Assembly: GCA_041496385.1 (NCBI GenBank)
Contig: JBGQEL010000011.1
Coordinates: 1 to 64,000, forward strand
Direction: 5' to 3'
From: Candidatus Methylomirabilia bacterium
GTDB taxonomy: Bacteria > Methylomirabilota > Methylomirabilia > Rokubacteriales > CSP1-6
Length of the DNA stretch: 64,000 bases
Shown in pieces: positions 34,676 to 45,655 of this stretch; position 1 is the first letter of the stretch; every line of letters starts with the position of its first letter. The notes beneath the pieces are model-generated. The model did no database searches and was not told the DNA's origin. It saw nothing but the letters and a program-made list of their open reading frames with translations. Made by a program: the position numbers and the translations under genes.

Positions 34676-35974
34676 GTGATCGAGCGCTACACCCGCCCCG
34701 AGATGGGCCGCATCTGGAGCGAGGAGTCCAAGTACGAGGCGTGGCTCAGGGTGGAGCTGGCGGTGTGCGAGGCGTACGCGCGACGGGGCCGGATACCCGG
34801 CGACGCGATGGGCCGGATCCGCCAGAAGGCGCGCGTGGACGTCGCCCGTATCCTGGCCATCCAGGAGCGCGTCAAGCACGAGATGATCGCGCTCCTCACG
34901 AGCCTCGAGGAGCAGCTCGGTTCCGACTCCCGCTTCGTCCACATCGGGCTCACCACGAACGACGTCTGGGATACCGCCACGGCGCTGCAGCTCCGCGACG
35001 CCGCCGACCTCCTGATCGCCGCGCAGGAGCGCCTCCGCAAGGCGCTGGGTGAGCTGGCGCTCCGGCACAAGGACACGCTGACGGTCGGCCGGACCCACGG
35101 CGTCCACGCCGAGCCGACCACCTTCGGCTTGAAGGCGGCGGTCTGGTACACCGAGGCCGGGCGAAACCGTGAGCGCCTCGTGCGCGCCCGCGCCGCGATC
35201 GCCGTCGGCAAGCTGTCGGGTGCGGTCGGCAACTTCGCCCACGTCGAGCCCGAGATCGAGGCGGAGGTCTGCCGGGAGCTCGGTCTCGAGGCCGCGCCCG
35301 TGTCCACGCAGATCATCCAGCGTGACCGCCACGCCGAATTCTGCGCGGCGCTCGCGGTGGCCGCGGCGTCGCTCGAGAAGATCGCGCTCGAGGTGCGGGG
35401 ACTCCAGCGCACCGAGATCCTCGAAGCCCAGGAGCCCTTCGGCGAGGGTCAGAAGGGCTCGAGCGCGATGCCCCACAAGCGCAACCCCGAGCTCAGCGAG
35501 CGTGTCTGCGGGCTCGCGCGGCTCCTCCGGTCGAACGCGCTCGCGGCGCTCGAGAACGTCGCCCTCTGGCACGAGCGCGACATCAGCCACTCCTCGGTCG
35601 AGCGCGTCATCCTGCCCGACTCCACGATCGCGCTCGACTACATGCTCTCGATCACGACGTTCATCGTCGAGGGGCTCGACGTCGATCCCGCGCGGATGGC
35701 CGAGAACCTCGAGCTGAGCTACGGGCTCGTCTACTCGCAGCGGGTGCTGCTGAAGCTCACCGACGCGGGGCTCGCGCGCCAGACCGCCTACGAGATCGTC
35801 CAGCGGCACGCCATGCGCGCCTGGAAGGAGCGGCGCTCCTTCTTCGAGCTCCTCGCGGCGGATCCCGAGGTCACGGAGCGACTCGGTCCCGATGAGCTGA
35901 AGCGCTGCTTCGATCCGGCGTTCTTCCTCCGCAACGTGGACACGATCTTCAGGCGAGTCGGACTGATTCCGTGA
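34676..35974 (+). CDS. purB: adenylosuccinate lyase
   Basis: IERY, GRTHGVHAEPTTFG, GSSAMPHKRNP, LWHERDISHSSVER. Confidence 0.97.
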   Translation: MIERYTRPEMGRIWSEESKYEAWLRVELAVCEAYARRGRIPGDAMGRIRQKARVDVARILAIQERVKHEMIALLTSLEEQLGSDSRFVHIGLTTNDVWDTATALQLRDAADLLIAAQERLRKALGELALRHKDTLTVGRTHGVHAEPTTFGLKAAVWYTEAGRNRERLVRARAAIAVGKLSGAVGNFAHVEPEIEAEVCRELGLEAAPVSTQIIQRDRHAEFCAALAVAAASLEKIALEVRGLQRTEILEAQEPFGEGQKGSSAMPHKRNPELSERVCGLARLLRSNALAALENVALWHERDISHSSVERVILPDSTIALDYMLSITTFIVEGLDVDPARMAENLELSYGLVYSQRVLLKLTDAGLARQTAYEIVQRHAMRAWKERRSFFELLAADPEVTERLGPDELKRCFDPAFFLRNVDTIFRRVGLIP

Positions 35975-35988
35975 GACCCGGAGGGATC

Positions 35989-36714
35989 ATGGCGAACGTC
36001 GAGAGCCGCGACAAGCTCTACGAGGGCAAGGCCAAGATCGTCTACACGACCAGCCAGCCCGGCACCGTCATCCAGTATTTCAAGGACGACGCCACCGCCT
36101 TCAACGCCCTGAAGAAGGGGACGATCGTCGGCAAGGGCGTGGTCAACAACCGGATGTCGGCGGCGCTGTTCGAGCGGCTCGAGCGGGCCCGCGTGCCGAC
36201 GCACTACCTCGCCACGCTCTCCGACCGCGAGATGCTCTGCCGCCGGCTCGACATCATCAAGATCGAGACGATCGTGCGGAACATCGTCGCGGGCAGCCTG
36301 GCGAAGCGCACGGGTCTCGACGAAGGGACGCCGATCAAGCAGCCGATCGTCGAGCTCTACTACAAGTCCGACCCGCTCGGCGACCCGATGCTCAACGACG
36401 ACCACGTCAGGATGCTCAGGCTCGCGACCCCGGCCGAGCTGGCGTGGATGCGGCGCACGGCGCTCCGGATCAACGCGGTGCTCCGGCCCCACCTGCTGAA
36501 GCGCGACCTGCTCCTCGTGGACTTCAAGCTCGAGTTCGGGCGGGCGGGCAGGAAGCTCTACCTCGGCGACGAGATCTCGCCCGACACCTGCCGGCTCTGG
36601 GACCGCGAGACGCGCGAAAAGCTCGACAAGGACCGCTTCCGCCGGGACCTCGGGGGTGTCGAGGAGGCCTACCACGAAGTGTACCGGCGCCTCGTGACCG
36701 GGCCTGGCGCGTAG
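35989..36714 (+). CDS. purC: SAICAR synthetase
   Basis: LYEGKAK, FKDDATAF, RNIVAGSL, VDFKLEFG, DEISPDTCRLWD, DKDRFR. Confidence 0.97.
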   Translation: MANVESRDKLYEGKAKIVYTTSQPGTVIQYFKDDATAFNALKKGTIVGKGVVNNRMSAALFERLERARVPTHYLATLSDREMLCRRLDIIKIETIVRNIVAGSLAKRTGLDEGTPIKQPIVELYYKSDPLGDPMLNDDHVRMLRLATPAELAWMRRTALRINAVLRPHLLKRDLLLVDFKLEFGRAGRKLYLGDEISPDTCRLWDRETREKLDKDRFRRDLGGVEEAYHEVYRRLVTGPGA

Positions 36715-36734
36715 GAACTGAACGGGCGTGTCGG

Positions 36735-36866
36735 AGCCCCGCGAATCTGCCTCAGGCCACCCGCGGTCCAAGCCGGCCCCGGGGCACCCGTTACAATGAA
36801 GCCCCGCGAATCTGCCTCAGGCCACCCTCGGTCCAAGCCGGCCCCGGGGCACCCGTTACGATGAAG
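36735..36866. repeat. 65-bp tandem direct repeat x2 ending in the purS start codon
   Basis: AGCCCCGCGAATCTGCCTCAGGCCACCC(G/T)CGGTCCAAGCCGGCCCCGGGGCACCCGTTAC(A/G)ATGA at 36735 and 36800; 2 mismatches. Confidence 0.95.
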
Positions 36867-37130
36867 GCGCGCGTTCTCATCAGGCTCAAGCCCGGAATCC
36901 TCGACGTCCAGGGGGCCGCGGTGAAACGCGCGCTCACGGGGCTCGGGTTCGCCGAGCTGAGCGACCTCCGCGTCGGCAAGGTGATCGAGGTCGATCTCGA
37001 GGCGGCGACGCCCGAGCTCGCGCGGCAGCGGGTCGGCGAGATGTGCCGCCAGCTCCTCGCCAATCCCGTCCTGGAGGACTACACGATAGAAATGACCGAC
37101 GACCTTGCCCCGCGCGGGGTCGTTCTGTAA
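36861..37130 (+). CDS. purS: FGAM synthase subunit PurS
   Basis: LKPGILDVQG, RVGKVIE, MCRQLLANPVLEDY. Confidence 0.95.
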   Translation: MKARVLIRLKPGILDVQGAAVKRALTGLGFAELSDLRVGKVIEVDLEAATPELARQRVGEMCRQLLANPVLEDYTIEMTDDLAPRGVVL

Positions 37131-37133
37131 GAT
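37105..37133 (+). promoter_or_regulatory. candidate internal sigma-70 promoter upstream of purQ
   Basis: TTGCCC (37105-37110), 17 bp, TAAGAT (37128-37133); ATG 9 nt downstream and no SD. Confidence 0.45.
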
Positions 37134-37142
37134 GGGCTCGTC

Positions 37143-37856
37143 ATGAGATTCGGCGTGGTCGTCTTCCCGGGTACGTGGAGCGACTGCGACTTCCACTACG
37201 TGATCTCCGAGGTTCTGCACCAGCCGGTGAAGTACGTCTGGCACCGGGACCGTGACCTCGGCGACCTCGACTGCGTCATCCTCCCGGGGGGCTTCTCCTA
37301 CGGCGACTACCTGCGCGCGGGCGCCGTCGCGGGCCGCTCGCCCGTGGTGGAGGCGCTCAAGGAGTTCGTCGTGAGCGGCGGGTACGTCCTGGGCTCCTGC
37401 AACGGGTTCCAGATCCTCTGCGAGGCGGGGTTCCTGCCGGGCGCGCTCACGCGCAACGAGTGCCTGCAGTATCGCTGCCAGTCCACGCACTTGGTGGTCG
37501 AGAACGTGGAAACGCCTTTCACGCGGGGGCTCCGGCTGAGGCAGGTGCTCACGATGCCGATCTCGCACGGGGAGGGCAAGTACTACGCGGACCCGGAGAC
37601 CCTGCGCGGGCTCAAGGCGGCCAACCGGGTCGTGTTCCGCTATTCGGAGCCCGACGGGCGCGTGAGCAAGGCGGCGAACCCCAACGGCTCGCTCGAGAAC
37701 ATCGCGGGGATCGTGAACCCCGAAGGCAACGTGCTCGGGCTGATGCCGCATCCCGAGCGCGCGGCCGAGACGGCGATGGGCGGCACGGACGGACTCCTGC
37801 TGTTCCAGTCCCTCCTCGGCAGCCTCGTCGAGGACGGCAGCTTCCTCAAGCGGTAG
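37143..37856 (+). CDS. purQ: FGAM synthase glutaminase subunit PurQ
   Basis: [38 protein letters not shown]. Confidence 0.97.
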   Translation: MRFGVVVFPGTWSDCDFHYVISEVLHQPVKYVWHRDRDLGDLDCVILPGGFSYGDYLRAGAVAGRSPVVEALKEFVVSGGYVLGSCNGFQILCEAGFLPGALTRNECLQYRCQSTHLVVENVETPFTRGLRLRQVLTMPISHGEGKYYADPETLRGLKAANRVVFRYSEPDGRVSKAANPNGSLENIAGIVNPEGNVLGLMPHPERAAETAMGGTDGLLLFQSLLGSLVEDGSFLKR

Positions 37857-37861
37857 TCGGA

Positions 37862-40084
37862 GTGACGGCGGCTCCACCGAAGGTCACGCTCGACCTCGCG
37901 CGCGAGTCCGGCCTCACCGCCGACGAGTACGATCGGATCCTGACGCGACTCGGCCGCGAGCCCACGTATACCGAGCTCGGTCTGTTCTCGGCGCTCTGGT
38001 CCGAGCACTGCGCCTACAAGCACTCGCGTGTCTTCCTCGGCCGGCTGCCCTCCCAGGGGCCGCGCGTGCTGCAGGGACCCGGCGAGAACGCCGGGGCCAT
38101 CGACATCGGAGACGGGTGGGCCATCGTCTTCAAGATGGAGAGCCACAACCACCCGTCGTTCATCGAGCCCTTCCAGGGCGCGGCGACCGGCGTGGGCGGG
38201 ATCCTGCGGGACATCTTCACGATGGGCGCGCGGCCCATCGCCATCCTCGACTCGCTGCGATTCGGCGACCCGGGCGATCCGAAGACGCGCCACCTCGTCA
38301 ACGGCGTGGTCTCCGGCATCAGCTGGTACGGCAACTGCTTTGGATGTCCGACGGTCGGGGGCGAGATGGCCTTCGCGCCCGAGTACGCGGGCAACCCGCT
38401 CGTGAACGTCATGTGCGTCGGGCTCGTGCGCGCGGACCAGATCTTCCGTGCCCGGGCCGAGGGGGTCGGCAACCCCGTCTTCTACGTCGGCAACAAGACC
38501 GGGCGCGACGGCATCCACGGCGCGACGATGGCATCGGCGACCTTCGACGAGCACGCGGAAGCGCGGCGGCCGACCGTTCAGGTCGGCGATCCGTTCACCG
38601 AGAAGCTGCTGCTCGAGGCCTGCCTCGAGGCGATGCGGAGCGGCGCCGTCGTGGGGATCCAGGACATGGGCGCCGCGGGCCTCGCGTGCTGCACCTCGGA
38701 GATGCCCGCGCGCGCCGGGACGGGCATGGACGTCGAGCTCGCGCGCGTGCCGCAGCGCGAGGTCGCGATGACGCCCTACGAGATCCTCCTCTCGGAGTCG
38801 CAGGAGCGCATGCTCCTGGTCGCGACGCGCGGCCGCGAGGAGGAGGTCCGCCGGATCTTCGCCAAGTGGGAGCTCGATGCCGTCGAGATCGGGCGCGTGA
38901 CCGCGGGCGGCACCCTCACGGCGCGTCTGGACCACGAGATCGTCGCCCACGTCCCGCTGGACCTCCTGGCCGACGCGCCGAAGTACGCCAAGCCCGTCGC
39001 GCGGCCGCCGTGGCAGGACGAGGTCGAGGGGTTCGATCCGCTCACCCTCCCGGAGCCCGCAGACCACGGTTCGACCCTCGTCGCGCTCTGCGGCGCGCCG
39101 ACGATCGCCTCCAAGGAGTGGACCTACCGCCAGTACGACCAGCAGGTGGGCATCAACACGCTCGTGCTCCCGGGCTCGGACGCGGCCGTGCTCCGGGTCA
39201 AGGGCACGAGCCGGGCGCTCGCCATCTCGACCGACGGCAACGCCCGCCAGGTGTTCCTGGACCCGCGCCGGGGCGCCGCGATGGCGGTTGCGGAGGCCGC
39301 GCGCAACGTCTCCTGCGCGGGCGGCACTCCGCTCGGCCTCACGGACTGCCTGAACTTCGGCTCGCCCGAGCGGCCGGAGATCCTCTGGCAGTTCGCCGAG
39401 GCGATCGAGGGGATCGCCGAGGCCAGCCGCGCGCTCGAGATCCCGGTAGTGGGCGGCAACGTTTCCTTCTACAATGAAACCAGCGGCCAGGCGATCCTGC
39501 CGACGCCGATCATCGGGGTGGTGGGGCTCCTGGAGGATGCCGAGCGCCGGGCGACCCAGGCGTTCAAGGGTGCAGGGCACCGGATCGCGCTGCTCGGGCC
39601 GGAGCGCGTGAGTCTCGGCGGGAGCGAGTACCTCTGGACGCTCCACCGGCGTCTCGCCGGGCGTCTGGCGCCGCTGGATCTGGAGCTGGAGCGGCGGGTG
39701 CAGAGCGCCGTCCGCGCGGCCGTGACGGCGGGACTGGTGACGGCCGCGCACGACTGCTCCGAGGGCGGCGTGGCCGTTGCGCTCGCCGAGTGCTGCGTGA
39801 GCGGGCGCGAGCCGGTCGGGTGCGCGGTGTCGCTCGCGGCGGAAGGCCGCGCGGACCTCGTGCTCTTCGGCGAGGGACCCTCGCGCGTCGTCGTCGCGGT
39901 CGAGGGCGCGCGCGCCCGTGAGTTCGAGGCGCTGATGGCGGAGTCGGCCATCCCCTGGCGCTGGATCGGGACGACCGGAGGCGAGCGGCTCGTGGTCCGG
40001 GTAGGGGCGGTCGTGAGCGTCGACGTCGCGGTGGACCGGATCGAACGCGCGTGGAGGAGTGGATTTGAACGTCACTTGGCGTGA
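37862..40084 (+). CDS. purL: FGAM synthase subunit PurL (small type)
   Basis: [58 protein letters not shown]. Confidence 0.97.
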   Translation: MTAAPPKVTLDLARESGLTADEYDRILTRLGREPTYTELGLFSALWSEHCAYKHSRVFLGRLPSQGPRVLQGPGENAGAIDIGDGWAIVFKMESHNHPSFIEPFQGAATGVGGILRDIFTMGARPIAILDSLRFGDPGDPKTRHLVNGVVSGISWYGNCFGCPTVGGEMAFAPEYAGNPLVNVMCVGLVRADQIFRARAEGVGNPVFYVGNKTGRDGIHGATMASATFDEHAEARRPTVQVGDPFTEKLLLEACLEAMRSGAVVGIQDMGAAGLACCTSEMPARAGTGMDVELARVPQREVAMTPYEILLSESQERMLLVATRGREEEVRRIFAKWELDAVEIGRVTAGGTLTARLDHEIVAHVPLDLLADAPKYAKPVARPPWQDEVEGFDPLTLPEPADHGSTLVALCGAPTIASKEWTYRQYDQQVGINTLVLPGSDAAVLRVKGTSRALAISTDGNARQVFLDPRRGAAMAVAEAARNVSCAGGTPLGLTDCLNFGSPERPEILWQFAEAIEGIAEASRALEIPVVGGNVSFYNETSGQAILPTPIIGVVGLLEDAERRATQAFKGAGHRIALLGPERVSLGGSEYLWTLHRRLAGRLAPLDLELERRVQSAVRAAVTAGLVTAAHDCSEGGVAVALAECCVSGREPVGCAVSLAAEGRADLVLFGEGPSRVVVAVEGARAREFEALMAESAIPWRWIGTTGGERLVVRVGAVVSVDVAVDRIERAWRSGFERHLA

Positions 40085-41480
40085 CGACGACCGGTTCCAC
40101 GACGAGTGCGGGCTCTTCGGGATCTGGAACCATCCCGAGGCCGCCAACGTCGTGTACCTCGGCCTCTACGCGCTCCAGCATCGGGGTCAGGAGTCGGCCG
40201 GCATCGCGGCCACCGACGGCACGGGTTTCCACACCGAGAAGGCGATGGGATGGGTCGCCGACGTCTTCGGACCTGAGCGCCTGCGCCGCCTGCCGGGCCA
40301 CCGCGCGATCGGCCACGTGCGCTACTCGACGGCGGGCAGCTCGAACGTCAGGAACGCGCAGCCGATCACCGCGAACACCGCGCGGGGCCCGGTCGCGATC
40401 GCGCACAACGGCAACCTCACGAACGCCGAGTCGCTCCGCCACGGGATGGAGCGCGACGGGGCGATCTTCCAGTCGAACTCGGACACCGAGGTCATCCTCC
40501 ATCTCCTGGCGCGGGCGCCCGCGGGGCCGTTCGAGGAGCAGATCACCTGGGCGCTGCGCCGCCTGACCGGCGCCTACTCGCTCCTCATCCTGACGCCGGA
40601 CGCGATGTACGCGATCCGCGATCCGTACGGCTTCCGCCCGCTCACGCTCGGTCGTCTCGGCGACGCGCACATCGTCGCCTCAGAGACCTGCGCGCTGGAT
40701 CTCATGGAAGCCCGGTGGGAGCGCGACATCGAACCGGGCGAGATCCTGATCGTCTCCGACGCGGGCGCCAGGTCGGTGCGGCCGTTTCCGCCCACCGAGC
40801 GCCTGCAGTGCGTGTTCGAGTACGTGTATTTCGCGCGCCCCGACTCGATCCTCTGGGGCCGCAACGTGCACACGGTCCGCAAGGCGCTGGGTCGCCAGCT
40901 CGCACGCGAGTATCCGGTCGCGGCCGACATCGTCATTCCCGTGCCCGACTCGGGTACGAGCGCGGCGATCGGTTACTCCGAGGAGGCGGGGACACCCTAC
41001 GAGATGGGACTCATCCGCAATCACTATGTCGGGCGGACCTTCATCGAGCCCAAGCAGGGGATCCGGCACTTCGGCGTGAAGGTGAAACTCAACCCGATGC
41101 GCGAGATGCTCGAGGGGCGGCGCGTCGTCGTCGTGGACGACTCGATCGTCCGCGGCACCACCAGCCGGAAGATCGTGAAGATGATCCGGAGCGCCGGCGC
41201 CCGCGAGGTTCACATGCGGATCTCATCGCCCCCGATTCAATGGCCCTGCTACTACGGTATCGACACGCCGACGCGGAAGGAGCTGATCGCCTCGAGCCAC
41301 GCGCCCGAGGAAATCCGCCGCTATCTCGGCGCCGACTCGCTCGGCTACCTCTCCCTGGACGGCATGCTCAAGTCGACGGGCGCCGACCCGGCCCACTTCT
41401 GCCACGCGTGCTTCACCGGCAACTACCGCGTGGGGATCGAGCCCGAGGTGACGCCGCAGCTCCAGCTCTTCGACGGCTGA
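40059..41480 (+). CDS. purF: amidophosphoribosyltransferase
   Basis: Propeptide then [34 protein letters not shown], Fe-S cysteines (CYYG, CHAC). Confidence 0.97.
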   Translation: MDLNVTWRDDDRFHDECGLFGIWNHPEAANVVYLGLYALQHRGQESAGIAATDGTGFHTEKAMGWVADVFGPERLRRLPGHRAIGHVRYSTAGSSNVRNAQPITANTARGPVAIAHNGNLTNAESLRHGMERDGAIFQSNSDTEVILHLLARAPAGPFEEQITWALRRLTGAYSLLILTPDAMYAIRDPYGFRPLTLGRLGDAHIVASETCALDLMEARWERDIEPGEILIVSDAGARSVRPFPPTERLQCVFEYVYFARPDSILWGRNVHTVRKALGRQLAREYPVAADIVIPVPDSGTSAAIGYSEEAGTPYEMGLIRNHYVGRTFIEPKQGIRHFGVKVKLNPMREMLEGRRVVVVDDSIVRGTTSRKIVKMIRSAGAREVHMRISSPPIQWPCYYGIDTPTRKELIASSHAPEEIRRYLGADSLGYLSLDGMLKSTGADPAHFCHACFTGNYRVGIEPEVTPQLQLFDG

Positions 41481-41481
41481 G

Positions 41482-42519
41482 GTGAAACCCCTCACGTACC
41501 GCGGAGCCGGCGTCGACATCGCGGCCGGCGACGACGCGGTCCGCCGGATCGCGCCCCTGGCGCGCGCCACCACGCGTCCCGAGGTCATCGGCGGCGTCGG
41601 GGGCTTCGCCGCGTTCGTCGGCCTGCCGGCGGGCTACGCGGAGCCGGTCCTCGTCTCGTCGACCGACGGCGTCGGGAGCAAGCTCAAGGTCGCGTTTCTC
41701 GCGGGCCGCGACGACACCGTCGGCATCGATCTGGTCGCGATGGGGGTCAACGACCTCCTGGTGCACGGCGCCGAGCCGCTCTATTTTCTCGACTACATCG
41801 GCATCGCGCGGCTCGATCCGGCCCGCGTCGAGGCGATCGTCCGAGGCGTGGCGGAGGGCTGCCGCCGCGCGGGCTGCGCCCTCGTCGGGGGCGAGACCGC
41901 CGAGCTCCCCGATCTCTACGCCGCGGACGAGTACGATCTCGCGGGCTTCGCCGTCGGCGTCGTCGAGCGGACGCGGATCGTGGACGGCAGCGCGGTGCGC
42001 CCGGGCGACGTCGTGCTCGGACTCGTCTCGTCCGGGCTCCACTCGAACGGCTACAGCCTCGCGCGGCGAATCGTCTTCGACGTCATGAAGCTGACGGTCG
42101 ACGCGATCCTGCCGGGGACCGGGCGTACCGTCGCGGACGAGCTGCTCGAGCCGACGCGTATCTATGCGCAGCCGGTGCTTGCGCTGCTGCGGCGCCAGGG
42201 CGTCGACGTGCACGCGATGGCCCACGTCACGGGAGGCGGGCTGCCCGGGAACCTGCCGCGCGTCCTGCCCGACGGTTGCCGGGCGGTCATCCACCGAAGC
42301 GCCTGGCGCGTTCCCGCCGTCTTCGAGACCCTACGCCACGCCGGCCGGGTCGAGGAGGCGGAGATGTTCAGGGTCTTCAACATGGGGATCGGCTACGTGG
42401 CGGTCGTCTCGCCCGGCGCGGTCGAGACCGCCCTGGGTGCCCTCGCCGCCGCGGGCGAGCGCGCGGTCCGCATCGGCGAGATCGTGTCGGGCACACGCGG
42501 CGTGGAGCTGGTCGCGTGA
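41482..42519 (+). CDS. purM: AIR synthetase
   Basis: YRGAGVDI, TDGVGSKL, GGETAE, SSGLHSNGYSL, HVTGGG, FNMGIG. Confidence 0.97.
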   Translation: MKPLTYRGAGVDIAAGDDAVRRIAPLARATTRPEVIGGVGGFAAFVGLPAGYAEPVLVSSTDGVGSKLKVAFLAGRDDTVGIDLVAMGVNDLLVHGAEPLYFLDYIGIARLDPARVEAIVRGVAEGCRRAGCALVGGETAELPDLYAADEYDLAGFAVGVVERTRIVDGSAVRPGDVVLGLVSSGLHSNGYSLARRIVFDVMKLTVDAILPGTGRTVADELLEPTRIYAQPVLALLRRQGVDVHAMAHVTGGGLPGNLPRVLPDGCRAVIHRSAWRVPAVFETLRHAGRVEEAEMFRVFNMGIGYVAVVSPGAVETALGALAAAGERAVRIGEIVSGTRGVELVA

Positions 42520-43139
42520 GCCGCGACGGCGACGGCCGGCTGCGCGTGGGTGTGCTCGCCTCGGGGCGCGGCTCGAACCTCCAGGCGCTTCTCGACGCCA
42601 CGGCGCGCCCGGACTTCCCCGCGCGCGTCGTGGTCGTGCTCAGCGACCGCGAGCGGGCCGCGGCGCTCGACCGCGCGCGGGCGGCCGGCGTCGAGGCGGT
42701 CTTCGTCAACCCCAAGGACTTCGCGGACCGGGAGGCGTTCGACCTCGCGCTCGTCCGCGAGCTCGAGAAGCGCCGGGTGGACCTCGTCTGCCACGCGGGC
42801 TTCATGCGGATCCTGTCGCCGGCCTACGTGCGCGCCTTCGCCGGGCGCGCGTTGAATGTCCACCCGTCGCTCCTGCCGTCGTTCCCCGGGCTCCACGCCC
42901 AGCGGCAGGCGCTCGACGGCGGCGTCCGGATCGCCGGCGCCACGGTTCACTTCGTCGACGAGGGCGTCGACACCGGCCCGATCGTCTTGCAGGCGAGCGT
43001 GCGGGTCGAGCCCGACGACACCGAAGCCGCCCTGTCCGGGCGCATCCTCGCCGAGGAGCACCGGCTCTACCCGGAGGCCGTCCGGCTGTTCGCGGAGGGC
43101 AAGCTCAGGATCGTCGGACGCACGGTGCGGACGTCATGA
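42516..43139 (+). CDS. purN: GAR transformylase
   Basis: SGRGSNLQA, AGFMRIL, NVHPSLLPSF, GATVHFVDEGVDTGPI. Confidence 0.97.
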   Translation: MSRDGDGRLRVGVLASGRGSNLQALLDATARPDFPARVVVVLSDRERAAALDRARAAGVEAVFVNPKDFADREAFDLALVRELEKRRVDLVCHAGFMRILSPAYVRAFAGRALNVHPSLLPSFPGLHAQRQALDGGVRIAGATVHFVDEGVDTGPIVLQASVRVEPDDTEAALSGRILAEEHRLYPEAVRLFAEGKLRIVGRTVRTS

Positions 43140-44722
43140 AGGTCCGGCGCGCGCTCGTCTCGGTCCACGACAAGTCCGGCGTCGTCGAGTTCGCCCGCGC
43201 GCTCGCCTCGCTCGGGGTCGAGGTCGTCTCGACCGGCGGGACCGCCAGGCTCCTGCGCGAGTCGGGCGTCCCGGTCCTCGACGTGAGCGACGTGACCGGG
43301 TTTCCAGAGATGCTGGACGGCCGGGTGAAGACGCTGCACCCGAAGATCCACGGCGGGATCCTCGCCCGCCGGGACGCGCCCGCGCATCTGGAGGCGCTCG
43401 ACAAGCACGGGATCCCGCCCATCGATCTCGTCGTCGTCGCGCTCTATCCGTTCGAAGCCACCGTGGCGAGGCCGGGCGTGGCGCTCGCCGACGCCATCGA
43501 GCAGATCGACGTGGGCGGTCCGGCCATGATCCGCGCGGCGGCCAAGAATCACGCGGGCGTGGGCGTCGTCACCGACCCGTCCCAGTACGCGAGCGTCGTC
43601 GCCGAGCTCAGGACGAATCACGGGGCGCTCTCGGACGCCACGCGGTACCGGCTCGCCCAGGAGGCCTTCCGCCGCACCGCCCAGTACGACGCGGCCATCG
43701 CCGCGTACCTGCGCTCGCCCGAGGCCGCGGGGGCGGCGGCGCCCGCCACCGCCGACGACCTTCCGGCGAGGCTCCGGCTCGACGCCGCGCGCGCGCTGGC
43801 CCTCCGCTACGGCGAGAACCCGCACCAGGCCGCGGCCTTCTACACCCCGCTCGACGGACCGCCCGCGGGGCTCGCGGCGATGCGGCAGCTTCACGGGCCC
43901 GAGCTCGGCTACAACAACCTGCTCGACTTCTCGGCGGCGCTCGGCCTCCTGCTCGAGTTCGACGAGCCGGCGGCCGTCGTGATCAAGCACACGAACCCGT
44001 GCGGCGCCGCGCTCGGCGCCTCCGCCGGCGAGGCGATGGCGCGGGCGAAAGCCTGCGACCCGGTCTCCATCTACGGCGGCATCGTGGGCGTCAACCGCCC
44101 GCTCGACATGGCGGTCGTCCAGGAGCTCGGCGGGATCTTCCTCGAGGTCCTGTTCGCGCCGTCGTACACGCCGGACGCGCTCAAGGAGCTCCGGCGCACC
44201 AAGAAGAAGTGCCGTGTCTTCGAGGTGCCGTGCGGTCGCGCGAGCGCCCCCGCGCAGGCGGTGGAGTACCGGAGCGTCTGGGGCGGGATGCTCGCCCAGA
44301 CCGCCGATCTGACCGACCTCGACGCCGATGCCCTCAAGACGGTCTCGAAGCGGCCGCCGAGCGCGGCGGAGCTCGCCGCGCTCGCGTTCGCCTGGCGTGT
44401 CGCCAAGCACGCGAAGTCCAACGCGATCGTGCTCGCGACGCGCGCGCAGGTGGTCGGCGTCGGCGCCGGGCAGATGAACCGGGTGGACTCGGCGCGCCTC
44501 GCCGTGATGCGCGCGCGGGAGCTCGGGCTCGAGACGCGGGGCAGCGTCTGCGCGTCCGACGCCTTCTTCCCGTTTCGCGACGGGCTCGACGTGGTCGCCG
44601 AGGCCGGGGCGACCGCGGTGATGCACCCGGGAGGCTCGCTTCGCGACGACGAGGTCGTCAGGGCGGCGGATGAGCACGGCATGGCCATGGTGTTGACCGG
44701 TATCCGGCACTTCCGCCACTAG
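43136..44722 (+). CDS. purH: bifunctional AICAR transformylase / IMP cyclohydrolase
   Basis: STGGT, GRVKTLHPKIHGG, LRYGENPHQ, KHTNPCG, ASDAFFPF, RHFRH. Confidence 0.97.
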   Translation: MKVRRALVSVHDKSGVVEFARALASLGVEVVSTGGTARLLRESGVPVLDVSDVTGFPEMLDGRVKTLHPKIHGGILARRDAPAHLEALDKHGIPPIDLVVVALYPFEATVARPGVALADAIEQIDVGGPAMIRAAAKNHAGVGVVTDPSQYASVVAELRTNHGALSDATRYRLAQEAFRRTAQYDAAIAAYLRSPEAAGAAAPATADDLPARLRLDAARALALRYGENPHQAAAFYTPLDGPPAGLAAMRQLHGPELGYNNLLDFSAALGLLLEFDEPAAVVIKHTNPCGAALGASAGEAMARAKACDPVSIYGGIVGVNRPLDMAVVQELGGIFLEVLFAPSYTPDALKELRRTKKKCRVFEVPCGRASAPAQAVEYRSVWGGMLAQTADLTDLDADALKTVSKRPPSAAELAALAFAWRVAKHAKSNAIVLATRAQVVGVGAGQMNRVDSARLAVMRARELGLETRGSVCASDAFFPFRDGLDVVAEAGATAVMHPGGSLRDDEVVRAADEHGMAMVLTGIRHFRH

Positions 44723-44736
44723 GCTCCCCGCCGGTG

Positions 44737-45642
44737 ATGACACGGCCGCACCCCGAACGCGTCTACGGCATGCGGGAGCTCACGCGTATTCTCACCCTGA
44801 CGCCACGGCGTGCGGGCCAGCTCCGCCGGCTCGAGCTCCTGCACGGCGACTCGGGCTACGCCTTTCGCGACCTCCTGGCGCTGCGCGCCGCGAGCGCGCT
44901 TCTCGACGCGGGAGCCTCCGTGAGACAGATCAAGCAGACGCTGGCCGCGCTCCGCCGGCAGGACCCGGGCCTCGAGCAGCCGCTGGCCGAGCTCCGTCTC
45001 GTCCTCGACGGCGACCGGCTGCTGGCCCAGTCGGACCGGGTCAGGTTCGACCCGCGCAGCGGCCAGCTCGTGCTCGCGCTTGACTCGGGCGGCCTCGAGG
45101 CCGCCGCGACGGCGACCCTCGCCACCGGGCTCGTGCGGCCGCTCGCGCCACCCACCGAGCAAGCGGAGACGTGGTTCGAGCGCGCGAGCGAGTGGGACGG
45201 CGACCCGGCGCACTGGGAGGATGCCATCGACGCCTACCGGCGCGTGGTGGCGATCGACCCGACCTACGCGGCCGCCTGGAACAACCTGGGGCTTCTGCTC
45301 CATCGGATGGGGCGCTACGACGAGGCCACGGAGGCGTACGGCGTGGCGCTCGAGCAGGATCCCCACTGCTGTGAGGCCGCCTACAACCTGGGCTCGCTCC
45401 ACGAGGACCGGGGCGCCATCGAGGAGGCGATCGAGGACTACCGGCGCGCGCTGCAGCTCTCGCCGGACTACGCCGACGCTCACTTCAATCTCGCGGGCGC
45501 GCTCTCGCGCGCGGGGCGTGGCGACGAGGCGGTCAGGCACTGGCAGCGCTACCTCGACCTCGATGCGGGGAGCCCGTGGGCCCGGATCGCGCGGGCTCAC
45601 CTCGAGCTCGTGGAGCCGCCCGAGAAGGGCGCGGGCGAATGA
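44737..45642 (+). CDS. MerR-like HTH domain plus tetratricopeptide repeat protein
   Basis: N-terminal YGMRELTRIL...YAFRDLLALRAASALLDAGASVRQI (MerR-like wHTH); C-terminal TPRs (AAWNNLG, AAYNLG, DAHFNLA, HWQRYL). Confidence 0.8.
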   Translation: MTRPHPERVYGMRELTRILTLTPRRAGQLRRLELLHGDSGYAFRDLLALRAASALLDAGASVRQIKQTLAALRRQDPGLEQPLAELRLVLDGDRLLAQSDRVRFDPRSGQLVLALDSGGLEAAATATLATGLVRPLAPPTEQAETWFERASEWDGDPAHWEDAIDAYRRVVAIDPTYAAAWNNLGLLLHRMGRYDEATEAYGVALEQDPHCCEAAYNLGSLHEDRGAIEEAIEDYRRALQLSPDYADAHFNLAGALSRAGRGDEAVRHWQRYLDLDAGSPWARIARAHLELVEPPEKGAGE

Positions 45643-45655
45643 CGGGGGGACGACC

